Shown: positions 18,609-28,167, counted from the stretch's first letter. The stretch is DNA of 64,000 nt from Patescibacteria group bacterium (GCA_041659045.1 JBAZZB010000002.1:231412-295411), one strand, 5' to 3'. The notes: a model not told the origin generated them from the letters alone. Made by a program: numbers and translations.

Positions 18609-19193
18609 TCAGCGGTATGGCTCATCGTCAATCGTCTCGCCGAGCCGATTCTTCACCGAAAGCAGTTGCGAACGTAGCGTGTCGCGGCGATGATCTATGT
18701 CCGCGACTTGCTTCTCCAAGCGCTTCTTTCGTTCCGCAAGTGGTTCTTCCGATTGATCCGATCCGCGCTTCATTCGGGCCAGGAAGTCGGAGAGGTCGAC
18801 AGCCCCTTGCCAGGCGAAGCGGATACGCATGGGCGCATCCCATTCATCGCTATGCAAGCGGTGACAATGCGCGCAGACGTTTCCGAAATCGACAAGGGTT
18901 TTGCCATCCATGAAATCTTCGGTTCTGCACAATCGATACACGGTTCCACAACAGGCACCGCAATTGATTCCCGAACGCGCCACGAAAGCCACGTCGTCAG
19001 GCTTCAAGCGATGCACGTTTGGCTGCCGGTTCGGAAACCAGATGAAGCCGACCTTTTCGAGCTGTCTCACGACATCCAGTGCGGGATCCGCCGCGCTGAC
19101 GAGACGGAGCTGAAGCCTCTTGCGCCGAAGCGCGTACTGTCCGGAGACAAACGCGATCAGCAGAGAGATAACACTAACTGCGAGCGTTTCCAT
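18609..19193 (-). CDS. TM + Zn-ribbon + coiled-coil orphan ending in PYR
   Basis: GGAGG SD, N-terminal TM, CGACC and CAHC, C-terminus DDEPYR. Confidence 0.75.
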   Translation of the reverse strand: METLAVSVISLLIAFVSGQYALRRKRLQLRLVSAADPALDVVRQLEKVGFIWFPNRQPNVHRLKPDDVAFVARSGINCGACCGTVYRLCRTEDFMDGKTLVDFGNVCAHCHRLHSDEWDAPMRIRFAWQGAVDLSDFLARMKRGSDQSEEPLAERKKRLEKQVADIDHRRDTLRSQLLSVKNRLGETIDDEPYR

Positions 19194-19304
19194 CAGAACC
19201 TCCCCTGTAATGGAACGGCGCAATGTATCAGGGGGCGTGCCTTACGTCAATATAAAAGGACGACCCGTGAAGGTCGTCTGTGTACTGACAGGGCTGTGAT
19301 CCGA

Positions 19305-20060
19305 TTATCCCTTGTCCGACGTCGTCTCCCCATCGGGCTGGAGCGGCGTGCCGCGGAAGGGTTCGACGTCGGTGCGGAGCCGCAGCTCGCCATCGAGTCG
19401 CTCGATCTCGCGCTCGATCGCTTCGAGCTCCGGACACAACCGACGATGCTCCGCGCGAAGTCGCACGAGTCGCTCGGCTTTGAGGCCGCCGGGATCCAAA
19501 CACTCCTGGTCTTCGAACCAGCGCAGGATGTTCCCGACGCCGACGAGTGCGCTCGGCGGACAATCCCAAGGACTCACGACGATCTTGCCGCATGAACTGC
19601 AGCACCGGAAGCACGACTCGATCACCTGGCTGGTCGTCTTGTCTGCTTTCCGCTGTTGCACGACCTGCGTGACCCAGTAGCCGAAGCCGTCGCAGTAGAG
19701 GCACGCCTCGTCAGGAACGGCGAAGCACCTACCGATCTGCGCAGATTCGTTCCGCTGGAACAGCATGCTGAGCGTGGTCAGGCGACCCGGCCCCTCTTGG
19801 AACCAAGCGCCTTCGCCCGTGATGAACTCTCCCCCACGACCATCAGTCGTGATGATCGTGAACCCGTGCCGTTCGAGGCGTTGCTCGAACGCGTCCAAGA
19901 ACTGCGTGCTCTTGTTCGGTTCGAACGGCGACGGCGGCAACGGGTGCCGAGTTCCGTCGACGAGCTGCTCCTTCTTCGGCCTCGTGATGAACCAGATCGC
20001 CGCGGCGATGAAAGCCATTGCGGCAGCAAGACCAAGAATCGGTTGAAGAACGTACAGCAT
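19305..20060 (-). CDS. TM + Zn-ribbon + coiled-coil orphan with PFR near the C-terminus
   Basis: AAGGAG SD, TM, CLYC and CSSC, coiled coil, VEPFR. Confidence 0.75.
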   Translation of the reverse strand: MLYVLQPILGLAAAMAFIAAAIWFITRPKKEQLVDGTRHPLPPSPFEPNKSTQFLDAFEQRLERHGFTIITTDGRGGEFITGEGAWFQEGPGRLTTLSMLFQRNESAQIGRCFAVPDEACLYCDGFGYWVTQVVQQRKADKTTSQVIESCFRCCSSCGKIVVSPWDCPPSALVGVGNILRWFEDQECLDPGGLKAERLVRLRAEHRRLCPELEAIEREIERLDGELRLRTDVEPFRGTPLQPDGETTSDKG

Positions 20061-20062
20061 CT

Positions 20063-20203
20063 CTACTTCTCCTTGTTGGAGTTGCGTGACCGCTCATCGC
20101 GGCGTGCGAGCGCGATCACGAGAGCAACCAAGAGCACGACAGCAATGATGATGCCGAGCGAGACATGGACGACATCGGACTCCGTGATGGTAATACCGTC
20201 CAC
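20063..20203 (-). CDS. Small single-TM protein (46 aa)
   Basis: GAGGAGG SD before GTG at 20203, hydrophobic LGIIIAVVLLVALVIALA. Confidence 0.65.
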   Translation of the reverse strand: MDGITITESDVVHVSLGIIIAVVLLVALVIALARRDERSRNSNKEK

Positions 20204-20375
20204 GGTGAACCTCCTCGTGGCTTCTGTATGACGGGCAAGACGTGCTCCGCCTCCCGATGTCGGGATACGACACGATGGCATGAAAAATCGATTTTCGTCA
20301 AGATGCATCTCTTGCGAAAGGATCGGGCGCAGTACGAGATAAAAAATCCGACCGTGCCAGGAAGACAGCGGTCGG

Positions 20376-20993
20376 TCAGGCGGCGGACGGACCAGGATCG
20401 GGTTCTTGATCCGCGGACGTGACAGGTGGATCGACCACGAGACTGAGGACGCGCCCACCCTTCTTGGGGGTCGGCTTGCTCGTCAGTTCGCCAGAGGCGA
20501 GCTTGCTGCGGAGCGTGGACACGGACTCGAGACCCTGCTTCAGCAAAGCCTCCGTCTCGTCGAGCGCACAAGCGATCGCAACGTGCTCACGACCTTCTGC
20601 GGGAACGCCGTCGAACACCTTGAGGGCTTCGATCAGATTTCCGCGCTCCACGACGATGTGATGAAGCACACCCACATCCTCCATGAGGTTGTTGTGGTAG
20701 ACGACTCCGCAGTAGGCGCACACGAGGCACAGATCATTGATCTCCACCTCGCTCTCGTACTCGAATTCCGGCTCATGAGGAACGATCTCCTCCAGGAAGA
20801 ACAGGGGCTTCTCGCACGGAACGCAGTACATCGTCGAGCAGCCTTCACCTCCATGCAGATGCAACTCGCCGAGACGTTCTGGAGTCGGGCGCAGGCAGGC
20901 GAAGCTCACGATGAATCCAACTTCGCGCAACCGCCGCACGAGTGGAGTCTGCTCGTACTTCGTACCGGACACCTGTTCGTTTTGATCGGTCAA
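20376..20993 (-). CDS. Zn-ribbon + coiled-coil orphan
   Basis: AAGGAGG SD, TTG start, CVPC and CAYC motifs. Confidence 0.7.
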   Translation of the reverse strand: MTDQNEQVSGTKYEQTPLVRRLREVGFIVSFACLRPTPERLGELHLHGGEGCSTMYCVPCEKPLFFLEEIVPHEPEFEYESEVEINDLCLVCAYCGVVYHNNLMEDVGVLHHIVVERGNLIEALKVFDGVPAEGREHVAIACALDETEALLKQGLESVSTLRSKLASGELTSKPTPKKGGRVLSLVVDPPVTSADQEPDPGPSAA

Positions 20994-21178
20994 CGCGACC
21001 TCCTTTGTATGGTCATCGCTTTTTTCCCACGGACAGCCTCCTGCGTCAAGACACCGACCTTGACGACCGCGCCTCTATCCCCTATAGTACCCCCGTTCGC
21101 GCCCCGCATACGCAGGGCGAGCTGCAGAACCGCGGGAAGCTCTCACCCCGCGTTTCTCATACGTTTTATCTCATACCA

Positions 21179-21472
21179 ATGTTGTCCATCCGCCTCTCCC
21201 GCGTCGGCAAAAAGAAGATGCCGTCCTACCGCCTGATCGTCACCGAAAAAACCCGCGACCCGTGGGGCAAGGTGCTCGAACAGCTCGGCACGTACGACCC
21301 GCTCTCCAAGCCACGCAAAATCGCGTTCGACATCGAGCGCGTAAAGTACTGGATGTCGAAGGGCGCTCAACCGTCCGCGACCGTCCATAACATGCTCGTC
21401 GATCTCAAAGCGATCGAAAGCGAAAAAACCAAGGCGCACCCGACTCACAAAGTCACCGCCGAGGAAAAGTAA
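21179..21472 (+). CDS. rpsP: 30S ribosomal protein S16
   Basis: MLSIRLSRVGKKKMPSYRLIV, LGTYDP and GAQPSATV. Confidence 0.96.
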   Translation: MLSIRLSRVGKKKMPSYRLIVTEKTRDPWGKVLEQLGTYDPLSKPRKIAFDIERVKYWMSKGAQPSATVHNMLVDLKAIESEKTKAHPTHKVTAEEK

Positions 21473-21593
21473 GCCGCAACAACGCCTCGCATACGCGGGG
21501 CGTTTTGTGTATTGAGAAGTCGTTCGCGTGTTGACGCTTTTGCCTGCGCGAGCCTACGCTTGATCTAGACCAACCTCCGCCAAGGAGTGCCCC

Positions 21594-22148
21594 GTGGAAT
21601 CCAAAGCCCTTACGACCCTCGCGCCGCTATCGCTTGTCCCGACGTCTTCGATGCCGCGGCACAAAGGCAAGGAGCTTGCGGATCTCGTTTGCGCGCGTCG
21701 CAACGAGATAGGAAACGCCCTCGTGCATGCCGGCGGCGCCATCGGGCTCGCCTTCTGCGGCGCCTTTTGCGGATTCATGGCGGCCCTCGGTTTCGTCTAT
21801 CCGTTCTTCCCAATGTGGTACTTCCTCATCACGCTGACCGTCTGCTTGTTCTCATTGCTTGGTGCCGGCGTGATGGTCAGTCTCGTCGTCAACGACGTGT
21901 ACGCGTTTCGCAGGAAGAAGATTCCCCCAACGCTTCAATCTGAGGCCGCCGAAGAGGCGCGGCTGCTCGAAGCCGCATGGGAGCTCAATAGCCAGATCAT
22001 GGAGTGGAACGAATCCGCCAGACGCGCGGCCTCTGAAACGGAGATCGAACCGGTCTACACCGAGCTCCTTCACGCGAAGCGTCGCAAACTCGCGCGCCTT
22101 CGAGATGGGGCTCTGGCCTACCTCGAATGTTCGACCAAAGATCCATAA
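21594..22148 (+). CDS. Two-TM orphan protein, paralog A
   Basis: AAGGAG SD, GTG start, similar to 22221-22775. Confidence 0.75.
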   Translation: MESKALTTLAPLSLVPTSSMPRHKGKELADLVCARRNEIGNALVHAGGAIGLAFCGAFCGFMAALGFVYPFFPMWYFLITLTVCLFSLLGAGVMVSLVVNDVYAFRRKKIPPTLQSEAAEEARLLEAAWELNSQIMEWNESARRAASETEIEPVYTELLHAKRRKLARLRDGALAYLECSTKDP

Positions 22149-22220
22149 CGGATCTTTTTTCTTTTGCCGATGATTGACAAGCGCGCGAAGATACCCCTAC
22201 CCTGCCACTAGGAGGTTGCC

Positions 22221-22775
22221 ATGGAATCCACCTCGCTCGTACTCTTGCCGCGTCTGGAATTGATCGGTGCGGAAACACTCCCTTCGAAAGACCGCCGCGA
22301 ACTGGCGATGCGTACCGAGCAGCAGCGCTTTGTGGAAAAACAGCTGGCCTCCGCTATCGGACTCACATTTCTCTCCGGCGTTTTTACGATGATCTACGGA
22401 ACGATTCTGTTCTTTTCATGGGGCCACGCGCTGTTTTCCCCAATCTTCTCCGGTATCATGCTTCTCGCCGCCCTGTCGGCAACGTACATCATGAGCAACG
22501 TATCCGTTCGACTCCAACGCTCACTGCGAGTGGAGAGAGTGCCAGCCAAGCTCGTTGAGCGGGCGGCGGCGGAGAACGCCTTGTGCTCGCTGGCAATCGA
22601 TGTCGATCACTATGCTTCCAACTGGAACAACGCGGCCGCTCACGTCGAAGCGCTGAGCGAACCCGATCCGGCGCTCCTAGAACGTCTTCGGAAACACCGC
22701 AAAGTTCTTGAAGCCAAGCAGCGGGAGCTTCGGCAACTTGCGAAGCGTCTCGAACGCATCAACAAGACCTCTTGA
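22221..22775 (+). CDS. Two-TM orphan protein, paralog B
   Basis: AGGAGG SD, same length (184 aa) and layout as paralog A. Confidence 0.75.
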   Translation: MESTSLVLLPRLELIGAETLPSKDRRELAMRTEQQRFVEKQLASAIGLTFLSGVFTMIYGTILFFSWGHALFSPIFSGIMLLAALSATYIMSNVSVRLQRSLRVERVPAKLVERAAAENALCSLAIDVDHYASNWNNAAAHVEALSEPDPALLERLRKHRKVLEAKQRELRQLAKRLERINKTS

Positions 22776-22868
22776 AGGGGTCTTTTTTCTTTGTTAGGCT
22801 TCTTGAGGAGGCTGATGGAGGTCGGCAGCCGCCAACTGAACCCGTTATATTCACCGCATACAGAAGGT

Positions 22869-23207
22869 ATGGCAAGAGAAATGGACCAGGAGTTCGTCGA
22901 GTACATCGTGAAAGGCATCGTCGGTCATCCCGAGGACGTCGAGACGGAACGCACGATTGATGAGCGCGGCGTGTTGATCACTTTGAAGGTCAATCCGGCG
23001 GACATGGGCTACGTTATCGGCCGCCAGGGCCAGACGGCGCGCTCAATCCGCACACTGCTCAAGATCGTCGGCGCAAAGAACAACGCCCGCGTGAACCTGA
23101 AGATTTACGAACCGGAAGGCTCCCGCCGCGCCCACAGCGCCGGCAGCAGCGAGCAACCGATCGCGCGCGAGGACATCGATACCTCCGCCGTCGACCTGCA
23201 GCTCTAA
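22869..23207 (+). CDS. khpA: KH-domain RNA-binding protein
   Basis: DMGYVIGRQGQTARSIRTLL motif near rpsP. Confidence 0.9.
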   Translation: MAREMDQEFVEYIVKGIVGHPEDVETERTIDERGVLITLKVNPADMGYVIGRQGQTARSIRTLLKIVGAKNNARVNLKIYEPEGSRRAHSAGSSEQPIAREDIDTSAVDLQL

Positions 23208-23374
23208 AACGAAAAGCAAAAACGACTCCCCCGGCCACAAGCCGAGGGAGTCTTTGTTATGCCTCTTTTCGGCCGTGGCATGCCATAAAAGTGTCAGCCT
23301 CTTGACACAATTTAGGCCACTCTGCTAGGACCCTCTTGCTGGCATGAGCCAGCGATTCCCCAAAGGAGATTGTC

Positions 23375-24145
23375 GTGAAGAAGCTCTCGAAAGAAACGTT
23401 CCTTGCATCGTGCCTGATGACTGCCTGCCTCGCTTCCCTCTTCATCCTGTCGAGTGGATGTGCGGAGGACGAAGACGCCATACCGCAAGCCTTGAGTGAA
23501 GCAGACCTCGTCGAAGACGACGACCTCAGGTCCGCGAAAGTATCGCGTGACGAGCCGGACAACCCCAACCCCGCTGGCGGAAAGATTGCGAAGGCGGCTG
23601 CGGCCCCGTTTCACTACGACCGCATCAAGGCACGCGACTATGCCGTACGGTACGCCAAGAAGCCGAATCGCTTGATCGCCTACTGCGCGCTGCGTGATGG
23701 TACTCCGGCGGACTGTACGAACTTCGCCTCGCAGACCCTCTGGGCAGGCGGCGTGCCGATGAACCACAACGTATCGGATAACGAAGGTTGGTGGTATCGC
23801 TACGGCTGTATCCCAACCGGAAGCAGTAAAAGCTGGCGCCAGGTCAATCACCTCGTGAGCTATCTCGTGACCGAAAGCAACATCGGTGAATTTCGGCGAC
23901 GGGCCCGCGATCTCGAGCTCGGTGATCTCATCTTCTATCGGTTGCCGCAGGAAGAGAACGACTACCGATGCGATGGAAACCTGTTCAACCACTCAACGGT
24001 TGTCACGGGATTCAACGAACTCGGTGAACCTCTCGTGTCGTACCATTCGAATGACGCGTTGAACGTCTTGTGGCACGTGAAGAACGGGTCACGAATCGCG
24101 CTTGGCGAAGCGTGCGCAACAGCGTTCGTCCACATCAAGAACTGA
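23375..24145 (+). CDS. Lipoprotein with Amidase_6-type putative cysteine amidase domain
   Basis: LSSGC lipobox, YDRIKARDYA, DCTNFASQ, GDLIFY, HS and YHS. AAGGAG SD. Confidence 0.85.
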   Translation: MKKLSKETFLASCLMTACLASLFILSSGCAEDEDAIPQALSEADLVEDDDLRSAKVSRDEPDNPNPAGGKIAKAAAAPFHYDRIKARDYAVRYAKKPNRLIAYCALRDGTPADCTNFASQTLWAGGVPMNHNVSDNEGWWYRYGCIPTGSSKSWRQVNHLVSYLVTESNIGEFRRRARDLELGDLIFYRLPQEENDYRCDGNLFNHSTVVTGFNELGEPLVSYHSNDALNVLWHVKNGSRIALGEACATAFVHIKN

Positions 24146-24233
24146 CCGGTTCGGCCACTCGGCCGGTCAGTTCCCTTTTTTATAACCAACCCCGTTGACA
24201 TAAATCAGCGGGAACTGCTATCACTTCATCACT

Positions 24234-24386
24234 ATGTACAAATACCTTCTCATTGGCCTGATCGCCGTGGCGAGCATTGGTTACGTGGTCGTCGACGAAC
24301 TCTACTTCGCCGAACCTGTCGTTACCGACTGCTGCGCGAACGGTTTTGATGCCACCCCCTACGAGATGCAGCCGGCGCAACCTTGA
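24234..24386 (+). CDS. Small membrane-anchored protein (50 aa)
   Basis: MYKYLLIGLIAVASIGYVVVDEL..., TTGACA upstream, T-ATG start. Confidence 0.55.
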   Translation: MYKYLLIGLIAVASIGYVVVDELYFAEPVVTDCCANGFDATPYEMQPAQP

Positions 24387-24446
24387 CGCCGGCTCGTTTT
24401 TTTGATACCTTCCTCGGTCATCCCAACCTCATGACAGGAGAACCCG

Positions 24447-25181
24447 ATGACGAACCAAGCCGCTCTTTCACCAGCCGAGCGCGACGCGCTGCGCCCCATC
24501 GCCGACACCTGGATGCGCGAGTACATCTTCGCGTTGGGCGAGGCCTCCTTCAACCCGAATACGACACTCGAACAATGGATCGATGTCGCCTGGGAGAAGG
24601 GCCTGCTCGACCACGTCTCGCCGACCGATCCGGCCGTGCGCGAGGCTCGCGCCCGCATGGGCCGCACCCTCTGGCGCGAGCGACAGGACCCCGTGCTCTA
24701 CTGGCGCCTCCAGTACGCGCTGGAGAACTTCCGCGTCAGCGCACAGCACACGCGAACGTCTGGGCCCGCCGCCCAAGCGTGCGTGGAGCTCAGCAAGGAG
24801 TTGGGCAAGAATCGCACCAAGCTTGAAGAGTACTTCCCGAAGCTGAAGTACCACTCGAGCTGGCCGTGGTACTTGGAGCTCAGCAAGCTCCTCATGGCGC
24901 GTGCGCAGAAGACGCTGCGCGGCATGGGAGTGACGCCGCACGAGCCCACGTTGCGTCGGCACTCGACCGGCGTTTTCCGCGGCATTCCCGTCGAGATCGA
25001 GACCGTTTGCGATGACGGAACGCTGTGGCTTCAAGCAACTGAATGGGGTGAAGGCAACGCGAATGTTATCGCGCTTCTCGACCTCATGACCGGGGACTAC
25101 CAGCTCAATGACGGCCGCGGCATCTGTCCGAGCCTGATCGATGCAACCGTTTTCACGCCCTACAAGGACAAGGATCGCTAG
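24447..25181 (+). CDS. Hypothetical protein, SD-led
   Basis: TTGACG-17-TACCTT promoter and AGGAG SD. Confidence 0.75.
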   Translation: MTNQAALSPAERDALRPIADTWMREYIFALGEASFNPNTTLEQWIDVAWEKGLLDHVSPTDPAVREARARMGRTLWRERQDPVLYWRLQYALENFRVSAQHTRTSGPAAQACVELSKELGKNRTKLEEYFPKLKYHSSWPWYLELSKLLMARAQKTLRGMGVTPHEPTLRRHSTGVFRGIPVEIETVCDDGTLWLQATEWGEGNANVIALLDLMTGDYQLNDGRGICPSLIDATVFTPYKDKDR

Positions 25182-25312
25182 AAGGGTTTTCCCCTTCTTT
25201 TTTTATTAGCATGCTGCTTCCCTCATCTTGACAATGAGGCCAAAATGCACTATGTTCCCGTCAGCTTCGAAGCATCTTGCGACGAAGAATCAACTTTCAC
25301 GACGAGGTGCGC

Positions 25313-25924
25313 GTGTCGAAAGATCCCTTCTCAACGATCGCCAAGATCGCCGTATGGTTCCTTCTCGGCCTGACCCTGGCCACCCTGCCTGCAAATTGCC
25401 GGCGGAACGACCGACTGGATGCGCTCGAGAAGCGCCTGGCGGAAAAGGATGCGGCAGCGAAGCCGAAGAGCGAGAAGCTCTACGTCGTGGCCGAGCCGGA
25501 GGATCCCGTGCCCGTACCGGGAGCAGTCATCTCGATCAACATGGTCGAGGAGAAGCCCGACGAGGTCTACCGCGACATCACCGTCGTCACATCGATCGTC
25601 CACGCTCCTGGCACCGGATGCCGGCTCTCGCACTTGCGTGAAGAGATCACTGCCCTCGAGATCCGCGGCCGCTACGTTCTCGTCCAGTACGAACGGCGCG
25701 GTACCACGGAGGAGATCGAGTCCTGGCGGAAGAAGTGGTTCTATCGCACCGACCCACCCTTCTGCGAGAACGGCGACATCGGCGTGATGAGCTTCGAGGA
25801 TTTCGAACGCTATCGATACGGCGCGGAAACCGACGTCATCGTGCAGCGAGAGCAGCGCGAGGAGCTCGCGCGGATACACATGCTCTTTCCCGAGTTATTG
25901 GCAACGCCAGCTGAAGGACCCTAA
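25313..25924 (+). CDS. Membrane-anchored hypothetical protein, SD-led
   Basis: TTGACA-17-TATGTT promoter, GAGGTG SD, GTG start, N-terminal TM. Confidence 0.7.
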   Translation: MSKDPFSTIAKIAVWFLLGLTLATLPANCRRNDRLDALEKRLAEKDAAAKPKSEKLYVVAEPEDPVPVPGAVISINMVEEKPDEVYRDITVVTSIVHAPGTGCRLSHLREEITALEIRGRYVLVQYERRGTTEEIESWRKKWFYRTDPPFCENGDIGVMSFEDFERYRYGAETDVIVQREQREELARIHMLFPELLATPAEGP

Positions 25925-26010
25925 CGTCCTTCTTTTTTTGTTCCACCGTTCGATTCTTGACGCGACTTCGGGCGCACGTTAAGGTGACACCTTATCCCGA
26001 ATACTGCGGC

Positions 26011-27156
26011 ATGGCGCTAACGGAGCGACAACAGGTCCTCGATCAACTTCGGACGTCCGAGCGTCCCCTGATCGTTTTCCGCAAGGATTGGAACCCCGAC
26101 ACCGCCGCATCGGCCGTGGCGCTCGCCGTTGGTTTGGAAAGCGCTGGCAAGAAATGCGAAATCGTCTGCGACGGTTTTGCCGCGCCGGAGCATCTTGGAT
26201 TTCTCCCCCAACTCAAGCGCGTACGCCCGGAAATCACCGCGCTACGCACCTTCGTTATTTCCGTCGACACGCAGAAGAGCCGCATTGGCGAACTCTCGTA
26301 TGAATCGAAAGACGGTTTTTTGCACATCTACCTCACTCCGAAAAACGGCACGCTTGAAGCCGAGCATGTGAAGACCGGCACGACCGAGTACCGTCACGAC
26401 CTGATCATCTCGATCGATACCCCGGACCTCGCCTCGCTTGGCGCCGTGCGCGACGTCGCTTCCGATTTTTTCTTCCGCACGCCGATTTTGAACATCGACC
26501 ACTCAATCGCCAACGAGCGCTACGGCCAAATCAACAACGTCGAATCGACAGCCGCCTCAACCAGCGAAGTCGTCTACCGCTTACTGCGCGAACTTGATCG
26601 TCCGATCGACGCCGATCTTGCCACGGCACTACTCACCGGCATCGTTTCCAAAACGCGCAGCTTCAAGTCCGGCGCCATCACGCCACAGACGCTTTCCGCG
26701 GCTTCTGAACTTGTCGCCGCTGGCGCTCAGCGAGATCTTATCGTTTCAAGTCTTTACCGCACGAAGACGATTCCCGTTCTGCGCCTCTGGGGTCGAGCAC
26801 TGGCACGCCTCAAATTTGATTCGACGCTCAAGCTCGTTTCGACCGTGCTGACGCGGCAGGACTTCACCTTAGCTGGTGCCGGAGAAGCTGCTCTGCCGGA
26901 CGTGATCGATGATTTGATTCTCTCCTCACCGGACGCCGAAACAATCGTCTTGATCCACGAACGCGAGGATGGACATATCTGCTGCCTGATCCGCAGCGAC
27001 ATCCGCCGCGACGCCGACACACTCACCGCGCGCTGGGAAGGCGAGGGTGGCCACACGCAGTCGCGTTGCTTCATCAAGGGGAAAACGCCCGCTGAGGCCG
27101 AACAGGAAATCATGGCGCATGTCAGAAATGAGATGCAGAAGACGCGGGCTCTCTGA
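26011..27156 (+). CDS. Degenerate DHH-family phosphoesterase-like protein
   Basis: DHH fold motifs, but DHS replaces DHH, SKT replaces TDT, and GEGG replaces GGGH. Confidence 0.8.
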   Translation: MALTERQQVLDQLRTSERPLIVFRKDWNPDTAASAVALAVGLESAGKKCEIVCDGFAAPEHLGFLPQLKRVRPEITALRTFVISVDTQKSRIGELSYESKDGFLHIYLTPKNGTLEAEHVKTGTTEYRHDLIISIDTPDLASLGAVRDVASDFFFRTPILNIDHSIANERYGQINNVESTAASTSEVVYRLLRELDRPIDADLATALLTGIVSKTRSFKSGAITPQTLSAASELVAAGAQRDLIVSSLYRTKTIPVLRLWGRALARLKFDSTLKLVSTVLTRQDFTLAGAGEAALPDVIDDLILSSPDAETIVLIHEREDGHICCLIRSDIRRDADTLTARWEGEGGHTQSRCFIKGKTPAEAEQEIMAHVRNEMQKTRAL

Positions 27157-27246
27157 CCCCTCCGCCCTGCGGGCACCTCCCCTTTCAGGGGAGGATTTTA
27201 ATTACCAAAACCCCCTCTCTGAAAGAGAGGGGGTAGGGGGTGAGTC
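27155..27246. repeat. REP/MITE-like element, copy 2 (inverted)
   Basis: Reverse complement of 2960-3052 with a few substitutions. Confidence 0.85.
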
Positions 27247-28153
27247 AGTATGTCGTCTCGATTGGCCTGACAATGCGAAGCGTGTGGCTCTGCGTGCTCT
27301 CCCCAGTTTCACTCTCTCCAAGCGCGTACACCGTCCAGGCTTGAAACCCTTTCGGGATCGCGAGCGTCCACGTTTGCTGACCTTCCAATTCGCTTGCCAG
27401 CGTTGCCTGTCCGAGTTCGTATGGTTGCGACCCGGGATTGTGCGGATACTCCGTCGCCAGCACACGAACCCTGGCGAGGCCGCGACTCTTCACTAAAAAC
27501 ACAGAGTCAGGATAGTAGTTGTGCGTCGTGTATTCCCACTTCGACGGCGTGACGTTCAAAAGATCAATCTGCACGTTCGTGTTCCAATCGCTCGGATCCG
27601 CTTGGCTGACCTCACCCGCCGCGACGCTCACGAGAATCGGCGAATGATTTTTGCACGTTTCCAATTTTCCGCACTTCACGTGCTCAGACCAATACGCACG
27701 CTTGCCACTTTCATCATCCACGCGAGTGGCATACACCCAATAGTTGCCCGGCTCGGCCGCAATCACAAACTCGGTCGCGCCATTGATCGTTTGCTGACAA
27801 AATACTTTTTCACCCTTCTCGAGATTTGCAGCGCACACACGTTGCGCTGGAACGCTCACCCCTTCAGGTGCGGAAATGCGTCCTACAATGGTGCCGCTTC
27901 CTGCACCACCCGCACAAGCAATTTTTGTGCAGCTCCAGCCGGTCGTGCCACACGTGCACACGTTACAGCCGTCATCTGCTTGGCGCTGCTCGCTTTCATG
28001 ATACGTCTGCCCCTGGTAGTCGCAGCTGAGCACGCCTGCAGCATAGGTTACGCCTCGCAAACTTAGCACCGCTTCTTTCACGGGGTGATACCCGAAATAG
28101 ACAAGCAGCGCGAAAAGCGCGATGAGAACGTATTTGCGCAAGAGGGCGATCAT
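27245..28153 (-). CDS. Membrane-anchored Cys-rich protein with VWC/pacifastin-like module
   Basis: N-terminal TM and CDYQGQTY...DGCNVCTC...CTKIAC. Confidence 0.75.
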   Translation of the reverse strand: MIALLRKYVLIALFALLVYFGYHPVKEAVLSLRGVTYAAGVLSCDYQGQTYHESEQRQADDGCNVCTCGTTGWSCTKIACAGGAGSGTIVGRISAPEGVSVPAQRVCAANLEKGEKVFCQQTINGATEFVIAAEPGNYWVYATRVDDESGKRAYWSEHVKCGKLETCKNHSPILVSVAAGEVSQADPSDWNTNVQIDLLNVTPSKWEYTTHNYYPDSVFLVKSRGLARVRVLATEYPHNPGSQPYELGQATLASELEGQQTWTLAIPKGFQAWTVYALGESETGESTQSHTLRIVRPIETTY

Positions 28154-28167
28154 GCCCACATTCTATC

